NCBI GenBank assembly: GCA_001029735.1
Contig: CP011213.1
Span: forward strand, 332,288 to 396,287
DNA length: 64,000 nt
Source of the DNA: Berkelbacteria bacterium GW2011_GWE1_39_12
GTDB taxonomy: Bacteria; Patescibacteriota; UBA1384; UBA12157
Direction of reading: 5' to 3'
Below the pieces are notes generated by a model, which had not been told where the DNA came from, did no database searches, and worked only from the letters and a program-made list of their open reading frames with translations. The position numbers were made by a program, and so were the translations under genes. This document shows, piece after piece, positions 38,310 through 46,781 of the stretch. The number at the start of each line of letters is the position of its first letter. Positions within the stretch are counted from its first letter, which is position 1.

Positions 38310-39497
38310 ATGAATATTTTGGTTATTCACGAGACCGAATATGTTAAAAAAGTAGTCTATGAATTTCAAATAATTCCTGAACTCCTGGCTTCAAATGGCC
38401 ATCGGGTTTTTGTAATCGATTATCCGATGGCTTGGAAAAAAAGTAATTTATTTGATTTAGGCAGCTTCAAAACAGAATATTACTTGAATGTTAAAAAAGC
38501 CAATAAGAAAAAGGGGGTAACTCTAATTCGCCCTGGCATTATTAAAATTCCGGGAATCAGCCGCTTATTTGCCTTTTTTTCTTATTTTTCGTTAATTAAA
38601 AAAACAATAAAAAAATATAAAATAAATCAAATAATTCTTTATTCTGTTCCAACCAACGGCTTACAAACACTTTATTATGCCAAAAAATATAAAATCCCAG
38701 TGCATTTTCGTATGCTCGACGTCTTGCATCAACTGGTGCCATCTAAATTACTTTCTTGGCCAACTTATTTGATGGAGAAATATATCTATAAGCGGGTAAC
38801 TGAAATTACTGCCATTACGCCTCGACTGGTAAAATATGCCATTAAGATGGGGGGCGACCCTAAAACCACCTCTTATCTACCGACTGGATCAGATGCTGAT
38901 CTTTTCTTTCCCCAGAAAAAAAATATAGATCTTATTGAGAAATTTTGGATCAAAAAACAGGATAATGTTGTCCTGTTTGCGGGTACTCTATATAATTTTT
39001 CAGGTTTAGATATCTTAATAAAATACCTTGGAGAGAATCCGAAATTGAAGCGAAACCTTAAGATGATTATTGTTGGACACGGTGAACAAGAAGGTTTGCT
39101 AAAGAAAATGATTAAAGAATATAACCTCGATAAAAATGTTTTCTTGACAGGTTTTATCGATTATTTGGAACTCAATACATATATCAACTTAGCAGATATA
39201 TGTATTAACTCATTTCAAAAAAACAACATCACCAATATTATTTTTCCTAGCAAAATTTACCAATATTTAGCCTGCGGTAAACCTGTTGTCGCCACCAAAC
39301 TAAAAGGGCTTTTAGAGCTGTTTCCTGTTGGGAACAAGAATGTTTATTATTTCAACCTTAAAAAACCTGGAGAGTTTTTCTATTTAATCCATAAAATAAA
39401 GCACCAAAAAATAAATATTAAAAATCAATCACTTCAAAAAATTATGACAGTTATTGAAGAAAAACTAGAACAAGTTAACCGGCGAGTCGGCAATTAA
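38310..39497 (+). CDS. glycosyltransferase family 4
   Basis: C-terminal ...IFPSKIYQYLACGKPVVAT... Confidence 0.7.
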   Translation: MNILVIHETEYVKKVVYEFQIIPELLASNGHRVFVIDYPMAWKKSNLFDLGSFKTEYYLNVKKANKKKGVTLIRPGIIKIPGISRLFAFFSYFSLIKKTIKKYKINQIILYSVPTNGLQTLYYAKKYKIPVHFRMLDVLHQLVPSKLLSWPTYLMEKYIYKRVTEITAITPRLVKYAIKMGGDPKTTSYLPTGSDADLFFPQKKNIDLIEKFWIKKQDNVVLFAGTLYNFSGLDILIKYLGENPKLKRNLKMIIVGHGEQEGLLKKMIKEYNLDKNVFLTGFIDYLELNTYINLADICINSFQKNNITNIIFPSKIYQYLACGKPVVATKLKGLLELFPVGNKNVYYFNLKKPGEFFYLIHKIKHQKINIKNQSLQKIMTVIEEKLEQVNRRVGN

Positions 39498-40088
39498 CAT
39501 AAAAACGTAGATCAAAATTGCCAACATCATACCATATATCAGCACTCTGAGGGACGAATATAGAAATCTCTTTCTTGGGATGTTTGAGTAACAGGTTATA
39601 TTATAGACTTCGGTAATGTAGGCATCATAAATCTGCCGTTCGTCGTCTAGCGCTTTGTGAATTTCTTTACGATACTCATCTAAATCCATTGCGTTGATAT
39701 GATGATGGTAAAATAAACTTTCCTTCTGGCCTTTTTTTGTAGTGGTGTGAGGCGGTTTTAAGGCAACAATAGCCAGAAAAAGTGAGAGGATTAATGCACT
39801 AAGCAAGACCCAAAAAACCGGATTGCCGTCGATATTATCGCGGAAATAAGTAACCAACAAAACAATCAAGGCTGAATTAAACCCGATGACAATATTCGAC
39901 CGGACATCAAGCATGTTGCGGATTTCCGTTTGTTTATCTAAAAGTGAGTCCATAAATGTGACTTTACTTAAAGTATCGATTTCGTTTTCAACCCGCTCAA
40001 CTTCACTTTCAATTTTTTTGTCGATGGCTAGATCTTTTTGATCTAATTCAATAGTATCTTCATTCATTCCACTCCTTTTATTTGTCAT
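39465..40088 (-). CDS. hypothetical membrane protein (N-terminal coiled/soluble region, 2 central TM + C-terminal TM)
   Basis: 207 aa; architecture only. Confidence 0.4.
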   Translation of the reverse strand: MTNKRSGMNEDTIELDQKDLAIDKKIESEVERVENEIDTLSKVTFMDSLLDKQTEIRNMLDVRSNIVIGFNSALIVLLVTYFRDNIDGNPVFWVLLSALILSLFLAIVALKPPHTTTKKGQKESLFYHHHINAMDLDEYRKEIHKALDDERQIYDAYITEVYNITCYSNIPRKRFLYSSLRVLIYGMMLAILIYVFMLIADSPVNLF

Positions 40089-40187
40089 TCCGGACCGGCC
40101 GTCGGCAAGTTCCAGAATCCATTTTTAGTAATATTAGTATATCAATTTGCTTTTGTCATTGCGAGCAGAGCGAAGCAATCCTTACTT

Positions 40188-40952
40188 TCAACTTTTTACT
40201 ATTCCTGCCCCCAACCAAGCGAGTTCAAAAATAGCTCGTTGCGTTTTAGCAATCGATTCCGATTCGATGATTACCGCCAAGAGTTCACCTTGTAAAGACA
40301 TGATCGCCACCTTGTTACCATAAATATCGATCTCGTTAGTAAAAGGAAATTTGTCGGCCGGAACAAGACGAGTCTTGCGTAAATGTTCTCTGTTGTGAGA
40401 AGCATATTCTCTGTTAATCGGCGCATCAGGTGCGATATTTCTAGCAGTGATTCCTTTAGCTACTCTTTTACTGAGATATTCTATTACAAATTCCGGTTCT
40501 TCGGAATACAAACCTTCAGCCGTTGCATAAGCGACGATTTCACTTCCTGATTCCTGGTTTAAAGTGTCTTCCAAAGCGAGTTTAATTCCTTCAACACCTT
40601 TGAAAAACTGAACCTTTGGACTTTGGCCGGAACTTTCTAAAGCTCGTAGCTCTGGCATAATTTCTTCAAATTCACGTAGTTTTTCTGTTTGGATTCTTTT
40701 AAATTGCTCAATTGAAACGCCGCTGTATTTTTTAACGCTAATGTCTTCTACCAATGAGAAAAACCCCATCTTCACCAAGTCCTCAACCACGTCATAAACA
40801 AAGGTTCTTTGAATCCCTGATTCTTTGGCGATCTGACCCACAGTGGCTTCGCCTAATTTTAAACAAGCCAAATAAATTACGGCTTCTTGCGGTTTCAATC
40901 CGAATTTCTCCAATTGTTTGATAAATTTTTGGTTGTTATTTAAATCATTCAT
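40188..40952 (-). CDS. TrmB-family transcriptional regulator
   Basis: N-terminal wHTH ...LKPQEAVIYLACLKLGEATVGQIAKESGIQRTFVYDVVEDL... Confidence 0.7.
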   Translation of the reverse strand: MNDLNNNQKFIKQLEKFGLKPQEAVIYLACLKLGEATVGQIAKESGIQRTFVYDVVEDLVKMGFFSLVEDISVKKYSGVSIEQFKRIQTEKLREFEEIMPELRALESSGQSPKVQFFKGVEGIKLALEDTLNQESGSEIVAYATAEGLYSEEPEFVIEYLSKRVAKGITARNIAPDAPINREYASHNREHLRKTRLVPADKFPFTNEIDIYGNKVAIMSLQGELLAVIIESESIAKTQRAIFELAWLGAGIVKS

Positions 40953-41042
40953 TAACTAAATTGTATCTTTTTTTACGACAATTGTCAAGAAACTTCGCTA
41001 TATTAGACCTCTAAATTAGAGTCAAATATCTGTATTAATATA

Positions 41043-41071
41043 TTGACAAATTAATCTGCTTATGCTACAAT
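41043..41071 (+). promoter_or_regulatory. sigma70-like promoter TTGACA-17-TACAAT
   Basis: perfect -35, 17-nt spacer, -10 TACAAT ~58 nt upstream of the ATG at 41130. Confidence 0.55.
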
Positions 41072-41129
41072 GGCTTGTTACCTAATAGGGGTAACAGATT
41101 AGACCTTTAACAATAAGGAGAGAAAAAAA

Positions 41130-41459
41130 ATGAGTAAAGTGCAAGATTATCTACCTACAGTTTCAATATTACTGTTAGCCCTGATTATGGGTCTTTGCTT
41201 ATACAACGGCAGCGAAAGTGGTAAAAAATGGATACTGCCGGCTATCGCTCAAGTCCAACTTGATAAAGATGAGGAAGCTACCTATAAGGAGGCTCTTGTT
41301 AAATTTGCTCAAGGAGATAGCAAACTGCTTGACCAGTGGATTGATCACCTTCGAGCCAAAAAGAAAAAAGGCGTTTTGCCCAAACTTCCAAATGGCTATG
41401 ACAAAGACGGTTTGATTATCGTCGACGGTAAGGCAGTTTTAATTCCTAAAGATCAGTAA
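41130..41459 (+). CDS. small membrane-anchored/secreted hypothetical protein
   Basis: N-terminal hydrophobic segment; SD AAGGAGAG. Confidence 0.45.
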   Translation: MSKVQDYLPTVSILLLALIMGLCLYNGSESGKKWILPAIAQVQLDKDEEATYKEALVKFAQGDSKLLDQWIDHLRAKKKKGVLPKLPNGYDKDGLIIVDGKAVLIPKDQ

Positions 41460-41501
41460 CAAATTATGTGGCGGCACCGGCCCTGACAGGTGAGGAGAAA
41501 T

Positions 41502-41999
41502 ATGTTTTGGCAAATAATGGCTTATGGTTTAGGTCCAATACTTGGGATAGTTTTATTCCATAAAACTTGTCCCAGCGTTTCATATGCCCTTTCGGATGTT
41601 GTTATTGTAGCTGTTTGCTCTACACTAAACTGCTATCTGATTGCAAGATCGTATATCAAGCCCTTTGAACGAAAGAATCTTCTCCTGGAAAAGGGCTGGA
41701 TTTCCTTATCAAGGAAGCCGAGATGGGCTGCATGGGCACAGCCGGCAGATATGATCGAACATGAAAAGGTTATAATTGGTTTGCCCAATGAGCCTTCCAT
41801 AAAGGATGGTATATGGTCAATTCCAGCCATCGAAGGCTCTTTTGATCAAGTAAACTTCTTTGAGATTAAGTTCGAAAACAGTACCTTGATTGTAGATAAG
41901 AAGATTTACGAACGGTTTACCTCGGAAGGACAATGGGAACTGCGCACCCAGCTAGAAAAGTGGGCAAACGGAACCTCAAGGCTTCTCGTCGAAAAGTAA
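41502..41999 (+). CDS. hypothetical membrane protein
   Basis: 2 N-terminal TM; terminator hairpin at 42011-42045. Confidence 0.45.
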   Translation: MFWQIMAYGLGPILGIVLFHKTCPSVSYALSDVVIVAVCSTLNCYLIARSYIKPFERKNLLLEKGWISLSRKPRWAAWAQPADMIEHEKVIIGLPNEPSIKDGIWSIPAIEGSFDQVNFFEIKFENSTLIVDKKIYERFTSEGQWELRTQLEKWANGTSRLLVEK

Positions 42000-42039
42000 T
42001 ATATGACACTTCCCCGTCGGATTTTATCCGGCGGGGATT

Positions 42040-42146
42040 TTTTATTAGAGATCGTAAGGGAACAAAAGGGAAGAGAATATAAGGGAGAAAACGAAAGGGG
42101 AAAAACAGATGGGATACATAAGAGGAAACAAAAGAGAATCAAAAGC
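42040..42146. repeat. purine-rich (GA) flank; with the CT-rich flank at 42690-42800 forms an imperfect inverted repeat around the four-helix-bundle gene
   Basis: shared 14-nt perfect IR aagagaatcaaaag (42124-42140 vs revcomp of 42709-42723) plus repeated aaaggg/gaagag words. Confidence 0.6.
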
Positions 42147-42668
42147 TTATTTATTCTTATTATCACTTTTATCTAAAATATCTTTTAGATACTCATCAAA
42201 ATCTTTCTCAATTTTAGCTCTATTTTTGAGTTCTTTTCGAGCCATATCATTGCCACTAACCGTCTTTTCTCTATAACCCTTTTCTTCCAAACTTTTAATC
42301 TGTTTTTGCAGCATTTTAGCTTCGCCAACTCCCATTTGTATCCCTTTTGCACACCCTTTTGGATCCCCAATCTCTCCCTTTTGGCAATACTTGAAATCCC
42401 CTATGAGTTCTTCCAGAGATCCGGCCGAAAATCCTAGGAACGATATATATTCTTTGGTCGAAGTCCTCAAATACCCTTCTTCGATATTCCTGACTACACT
42501 TCTGGCCGAACGAATCATCTGGTCTTTTAAATCGGTTAAATATTGACCGGTTTTTGGATGCTTTGACGGAAAAGATACAACGAATTTTTCAGTTAATTCA
42601 AATATATCGTTGGCTTGCTGCCAGGTTAACAAATTGCGATATCCCAAGGGGTTCGAATGGGATAACAT
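42147..42668 (-). CDS. four-helix-bundle protein ('23S rRNA intervening sequence protein' family)
   Basis: LGYRNLLTWQQANDIFELTEKF...RSARSVVRNIEEGY...GSLEELIGDFKYC matches the conserved IVS-protein pattern (L.VWQKA..L...IY...P..E...L..Q.RRAA.SI..NIAEG...EEL). Confidence 0.7.
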   Translation of the reverse strand: MLSHSNPLGYRNLLTWQQANDIFELTEKFVVSFPSKHPKTGQYLTDLKDQMIRSARSVVRNIEEGYLRTSTKEYISFLGFSAGSLEELIGDFKYCQKGEIGDPKGCAKGIQMGVGEAKMLQKQIKSLEEKGYREKTVSGNDMARKELKNRAKIEKDFDEYLKDILDKSDNKNK

Positions 42669-42770
42669 AAGGGTCTCCTATGCGAATTAAAAATTAAATA
42701 TTCCCCTTTTGATTCTCTTCTGATTTTCCTTTTGATCTTCTTCCCCTTTGTCACCCTTTTGATTTCCCTT

Positions 42771-43547
42771 TTATTCCACCTTCTTAGTTCTCCCGTGTAA
42801 AACGGTATCCCATAAGATCCGCAAACCACGTGGAATAAAAAAGAAGGCATATTTAATAATCGCTAAAATCGTCCATTTATCAGACATCGCCCGGGTTTGA
42901 TGTGTTTCGATGGCTTTACGAAACTCGGCGGCTGTTTCCCCTTCAAATAAGGTATAACCCTTCCCAATTGCTTCAAGAATATGAGCGTCGGAATTACCTA
43001 ATTCCGCCTGCAAAATAGTTTCGTTAATCAAGGCGGCCCTGATATTTTCGTCGCCAAGAGTCGGAGTGGCGTTAATTACTTCAATGCCATCTAAATCTTT
43101 CCCAACCCTCATCAATGTTTTTAAACCAATGCCGTTCATCATTGGGCGGTCTCTGTTATTCCATCTGGACTGTTCGAACGGATGACAAGAAACAACCAAG
43201 CCACCTTGGGCATGCACTCTTTTAATTACCTCGGCGGCATCCAAGTTGGCCTCAATCGGCTCTTTTAAGAATAAACCCAAGAGATGGCCTTGAATCGAAG
43301 TTATTTCTTCACCTAAAACGAGATCAAAGCTGTATTTTTTCTCTTTCACCAATTTTTCAGCTTCAAAAGCCCCGGCCATGGTATCGTGATCGCAAATAGC
43401 AATAACATCAAGATTGGTCTGATTTTCAACGTAATCTAAAACTTCCGGCACTGTTGGACGACCGTCAGAATTCACGGTGTGGATGTGAACATCCGCCGTC
43501 CCCAACTGAGTAAATTTTTCAATCGCCCTAATACCTTTTTTATTCAC
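42771..43547 (-). CDS. PHP-domain metal-dependent phosphoesterase
   Basis: ADVHIHTVNSDG...AICDHD... PHP motifs. Confidence 0.7.
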   Translation of the reverse strand: MNKKGIRAIEKFTQLGTADVHIHTVNSDGRPTVPEVLDYVENQTNLDVIAICDHDTMAGAFEAEKLVKEKKYSFDLVLGEEITSIQGHLLGLFLKEPIEANLDAAEVIKRVHAQGGLVVSCHPFEQSRWNNRDRPMMNGIGLKTLMRVGKDLDGIEVINATPTLGDENIRAALINETILQAELGNSDAHILEAIGKGYTLFEGETAAEFRKAIETHQTRAMSDKWTILAIIKYAFFFIPRGLRILWDTVLHGRTKKVE

Positions 43548-43581
43548 AATTAAATTATAGCAAATAATTACTGCTAAGAGA

Positions 43582-43610
43582 TTGACATTACCTCAATTTT
43601 CTGGTATTAT
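43582..43610 (+). promoter_or_regulatory. sigma70-like promoter TTGACA-17-TATTAT
   Basis: consensus -35/-10 upstream of 43668. Confidence 0.5.
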
Positions 43611-43667
43611 TTCTCTCGTCCGCTATAAGTGAATTTATTTACTTTTGTGGGACGAAATCAGTGAAAG

Positions 43668-44441
43668 ATGAGGGACCAGAAATTGGCTAAGTCAGAAATT
43701 GAAGGAATGGGACAACCGGAAAACAAAGACAGAACAGAAAACCAGGTAGCAGAAGAAGATACACCGGTAGTGGTCACGGTAGAGACTCGTGCAGACGATC
43801 AACAGGGCGCGGCTGAAACAGAGGCAGTTACTGAACCGGAAGCTGTTGAACCAGAAACAGCACCTCATGTTCCACCATCGACACCGGCACATGAGACCCT
43901 AGCCAGGGCGATTGAAGATGTGAAAACAGCTTCGTGCCCTAGGGACGCAGACGAGGCATTGACGGCGCTCGCTTTGCAGTGCGGAGCGCGTAAAGACGAC
44001 TTCTTCCCGGACGACGTCCGCGGCAAGCTAGCCGCAGAAGCCCTATTTGTGGGGATCATGAACAACAAGCATGGAATCGTCTACGACCCGATCACGGAGT
44101 TTGCCGTGAACCAGATCGGGCTCGAAGAGACAAAGAAGTTCGCCGATAAAATGGGTATGGCTTTTGTCGATTGCTTCCCCGGGTGCCCTACCTGTAAAGG
44201 GCACATTGCGACCAAAGAACTGGCGGATCAAATACGGACATCAATTGAATCATCGAACATCCGTATTCCCGAAGAACTGGCCGCAATGTTTGGACCAGAG
44301 CTTACAGCACAGATCGAAGATCTGATAAGGCAAACGCCAGCTACCAGCGGCACTATCGAGATCTTCAGCGTCGAAGATCTCGACCGCATTCCTGGAAGAA
44401 CTTCCTTCGAACGGATATTCGGTCGTCGACGGCGCTTCTAG
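43668..44441 (+). CDS. acidic hypothetical protein with Cys cluster (CFPGCPTCKGH)
   Basis: 257 aa, high-GC codon usage, strong terminator at 44471-44508. Confidence 0.5.
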   Translation: MRDQKLAKSEIEGMGQPENKDRTENQVAEEDTPVVVTVETRADDQQGAAETEAVTEPEAVEPETAPHVPPSTPAHETLARAIEDVKTASCPRDADEALTALALQCGARKDDFFPDDVRGKLAAEALFVGIMNNKHGIVYDPITEFAVNQIGLEETKKFADKMGMAFVDCFPGCPTCKGHIATKELADQIRTSIESSNIRIPEELAAMFGPELTAQIEDLIRQTPATSGTIEIFSVEDLDRIPGRTSFERIFGRRRRF

Positions 44442-44579
44442 TAGATCCATTATCGAACTAACATACAAGAAACAGCCTTGGGTTTTCACCCAAGGCTGTT
44501 TTTCTTTTTGGGTAGACAAAAAACAACTCATGAGCTAGTCTAAGATGGAAGAACGTACATCACAATTGAAGGAGGTCAT

Positions 44580-44957
44580 ATGGCTGCCACTGCTACTATG
44601 ATACCAACTAATCTTCGTCGACGACGAGCTGCAAAACAAGTAAGAAAGTTGAATGCTAAAGATGATGCCGTATCTAAACATGTCGGCAAAACCATAACTG
44701 ACCTCTACGAACTGAGTCAATCCGGCACTGTTCCGGTAAACATAACCTTCGCCTTAAGATTAAAGCCAGACACCAGAAGTCCAGAAGAGATTAAAGAGAG
44801 CTTTGAAACCTTTACCCAGGCCATCCTGAAACTCTTACAAGATCTCTTTTGCACTTGTGGCGGAACATGCACAGTTGATTCATACGTCGTTAATCTAGCG
44901 GATCACATTGAATCTTGCGTTTTTCGCTATGATCCCACTTTACCTAGCCCGAATTAA
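44580..44957 (+). CDS. hypothetical protein
   Basis: SD GAAGGAGG 7 nt before ATG; terminator hairpin gcccgaa..ttcgggc at 44948-44975. Confidence 0.5.
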   Translation: MAATATMIPTNLRRRRAAKQVRKLNAKDDAVSKHVGKTITDLYELSQSGTVPVNITFALRLKPDTRSPEEIKESFETFTQAILKLLQDLFCTCGGTCTVDSYVVNLADHIESCVFRYDPTLPSPN

Positions 44958-45120
44958 ACTTTCGGGCTTTTTAACTAGTTATATTTAGAGGACGGGATCC
45001 CCGCGGAGTAGTTTATCCACATTTTGTAATTTTATAATCTTTGTTTTACTATTAAGTAGATCTAAGTTGTTTTTACCGCGAAGTCCCCTTGCCCAGAAGG
45101 AGGCGCGGCTACTCGAATCC

Positions 45121-45267
45121 CCATTCTCACAAAATGGTTATTATTTCAAAACAATTTGAGGAAGGATTGTTTTGATTAAAACTATTTGAGAATTGTCGTG
45201 TTTATGGCAATTCTGCATGTGGAAGGATAGTTTTAAAGAATTGTACTGTGAGAGATGGTCGTTTTTT
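45121..45267 (+). ncRNA. candidate structured RNA, copy 1 (unknown family)
   Basis: closing helix ccattctcaca/tgtgagagatgg, hairpin caaaacaat-ttgaggaagg-attgttttg, hairpin gagaattgtcg/tggcaattct, terminal T-run. Confidence 0.45.
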
Positions 45268-45381
45268 AGTATTTTTTATTTTTTAAGGTAAAAATAGACG
45301 ATCTTTCGATTATTGTTTATTGTTTTTTAATTTTGTTACAATATAAATGTTCTAGCGAAATAGAAACAAACACTCGTATTT

Positions 45382-45528
45382 CCATTCTCACAAATGGTTG
45401 TTAGTTCAAAACAATTTGAGGAAGGATTGTTTTGAAAAAGACTATTCGAGAATTGCCTTGTTTAAGGTAATTCTGCAAGGGAAAGGATAGTTTTAGAGAG
45501 AATTAATGTGAGAAGTGGAGGGTTTTTT
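45382..45528 (+). ncRNA. candidate structured RNA, copy 2 (diverged paralog of copy 1)
   Basis: same architecture; helix 2 arms changed to gaattgcc/ggtaattc, keeping pairing via a different wobble. Confidence 0.45.
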
Positions 45529-45735
45529 ATTTTTAAATATATGATAATTTGCAGTAAATTTAGAGTGTTTTATAATTAAATGGTTCTATCTAATATATAA
45601 GCTCAATAATTCGTGGACTGGTGGCGCCTTCAGAGCTTAGTCAAATACTCTCGGTTTCAACGCTCAAATACCTTGGCTGTTGTATTGTTGAGGTAAAAGG
45701 AGGGGTGTCGAATACGATTTTTTAGTACTCTTATC

Positions 45736-45764
45736 TTGACAAAATACTATTTATGAGATACAAT
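45736..45764 (+). promoter_or_regulatory. sigma70-like promoter TTGACA-17-TACAAT
   Basis: perfect consensus upstream of 45806. Confidence 0.55.
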
Positions 45765-45805
45765 GCTCGATGTACCTTAACATGGGTGAGCAGGAGGAGA
45801 AAACC

Positions 45806-46606
45806 ATGGCGAATTTGGAACGAGTTTTTTATGTATTGGATGGTGTCAGGAAAACACTTTTTCAGGTTCCTGACGATAGATTGGCAATGTGGCAGGGTTT
45901 CAACGACCCGGACAACTTTGACGACATGGGGTATCCGGGCGATATTATTGCTAAAATACTCAGCCGTGATCCGGAAGTTATCAGAAAAATCATGGCAGAA
46001 AACCCGCCGACGACACTCGAGATGCTTCAATATAAGCTCTCGGTGTTAAACAAAGCAACTGATTGGTCAAAGGTGGACATCTGTGCCGATATCATTACCG
46101 GCTGGATGTTCAAAAAAATCACAATCAAGGACTACGTTCAGGCTTTGAAAAGCCTGGGTATTACAATACAGTCTAGCTTACTACTCGTTGCGTTTGAAAG
46201 TAATGAGTCGGGCCCAACCTTCTTTACGGCCCAAAAGGTTCAGGAAGACCTTGCCATGACGTTTGGCATGAATTCAAGAAAACAACAGTCCTTCCTGATG
46301 AAAGAAGAAGCGAGAATGGGCTCGCTGGAGGATTTCTTAAACTACACACTTGAATTAGTGTGTATAGCGATCCTTAAAAATCATGATGTTTGGGGAGTCC
46401 TCTCGAACGCATTTCAGTCGAATACCACCGTGAAGCTTTCGAATTGCATCTATAAAAGCGAAGAACAAGCGGAGCTTAGCGGAAGACGGCTGCTTCTCGA
46501 GATTGATCCCGCGGCGTTCTATGACCGAACCAAGCCGCTTATCATCTTGAAATCCGTGCCTGAACCAAAATGGCATGGAAGCATTTTCACAGTAAGAAGC
46601 ATTTAG
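45806..46606 (+). CDS. hypothetical protein
   Basis: ATG at 45806 with AGGAGG SD; terminator 46605-46630. Confidence 0.55.
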   Translation: MANLERVFYVLDGVRKTLFQVPDDRLAMWQGFNDPDNFDDMGYPGDIIAKILSRDPEVIRKIMAENPPTTLEMLQYKLSVLNKATDWSKVDICADIITGWMFKKITIKDYVQALKSLGITIQSSLLLVAFESNESGPTFFTAQKVQEDLAMTFGMNSRKQQSFLMKEEARMGSLEDFLNYTLELVCIAILKNHDVWGVLSNAFQSNTTVKLSNCIYKSEEQAELSGRRLLLEIDPAAFYDRTKPLIILKSVPEPKWHGSIFTVRSI

Positions 46607-46641
46607 CCCTTCGTAAGAGGGGCTTTTTTAATCCCTTACTC

Positions 46642-46670
46642 TTGACAACAGCTCAACTATATGCTATAGT
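46642..46670 (+). promoter_or_regulatory. sigma70-like promoter TTGACA-17-TATAGT
   Basis: consensus hexamers upstream of 46782. Confidence 0.5.
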
Positions 46671-46781
46671 GGCAAGTTGTGTTCTTTTACAACTAGTCTT
46701 AAATCCAAGCAATCACCCGGTTTCCGGGTTTTATATAGTCACTGCAATTTCTCTAAAAAATCAACTATGGAGGCAGTTCTT

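Noticed and set aside
42040-42800. Possibility that the four-helix-bundle cassette sits inside a 23S rRNA gene
   Set aside because: The flanking sequence is protein-coding (PHP phosphoesterase, membrane proteins) with no rRNA-like conserved stretches. The element is therefore reported as IVS-like but extragenic to rRNA.
42626-42850. 74-aa K/R-rich minus-strand ORF
   Set aside because: It is a translation of the GA-rich inverted-repeat flank (low complexity) and overlaps the PHP gene's end, so it is not credible as a gene.
45160-45520. Possible CRISPR or tracrRNA-like signal (gttttga / gttttaga strings and hairpins)
   Set aside because: Only two copies are present. They are 147 nt long and 80% identical, not 24-48-nt exact repeats with unique spacers. 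No cas genes are in the window. I interpret them as paralogous structured RNAs instead.
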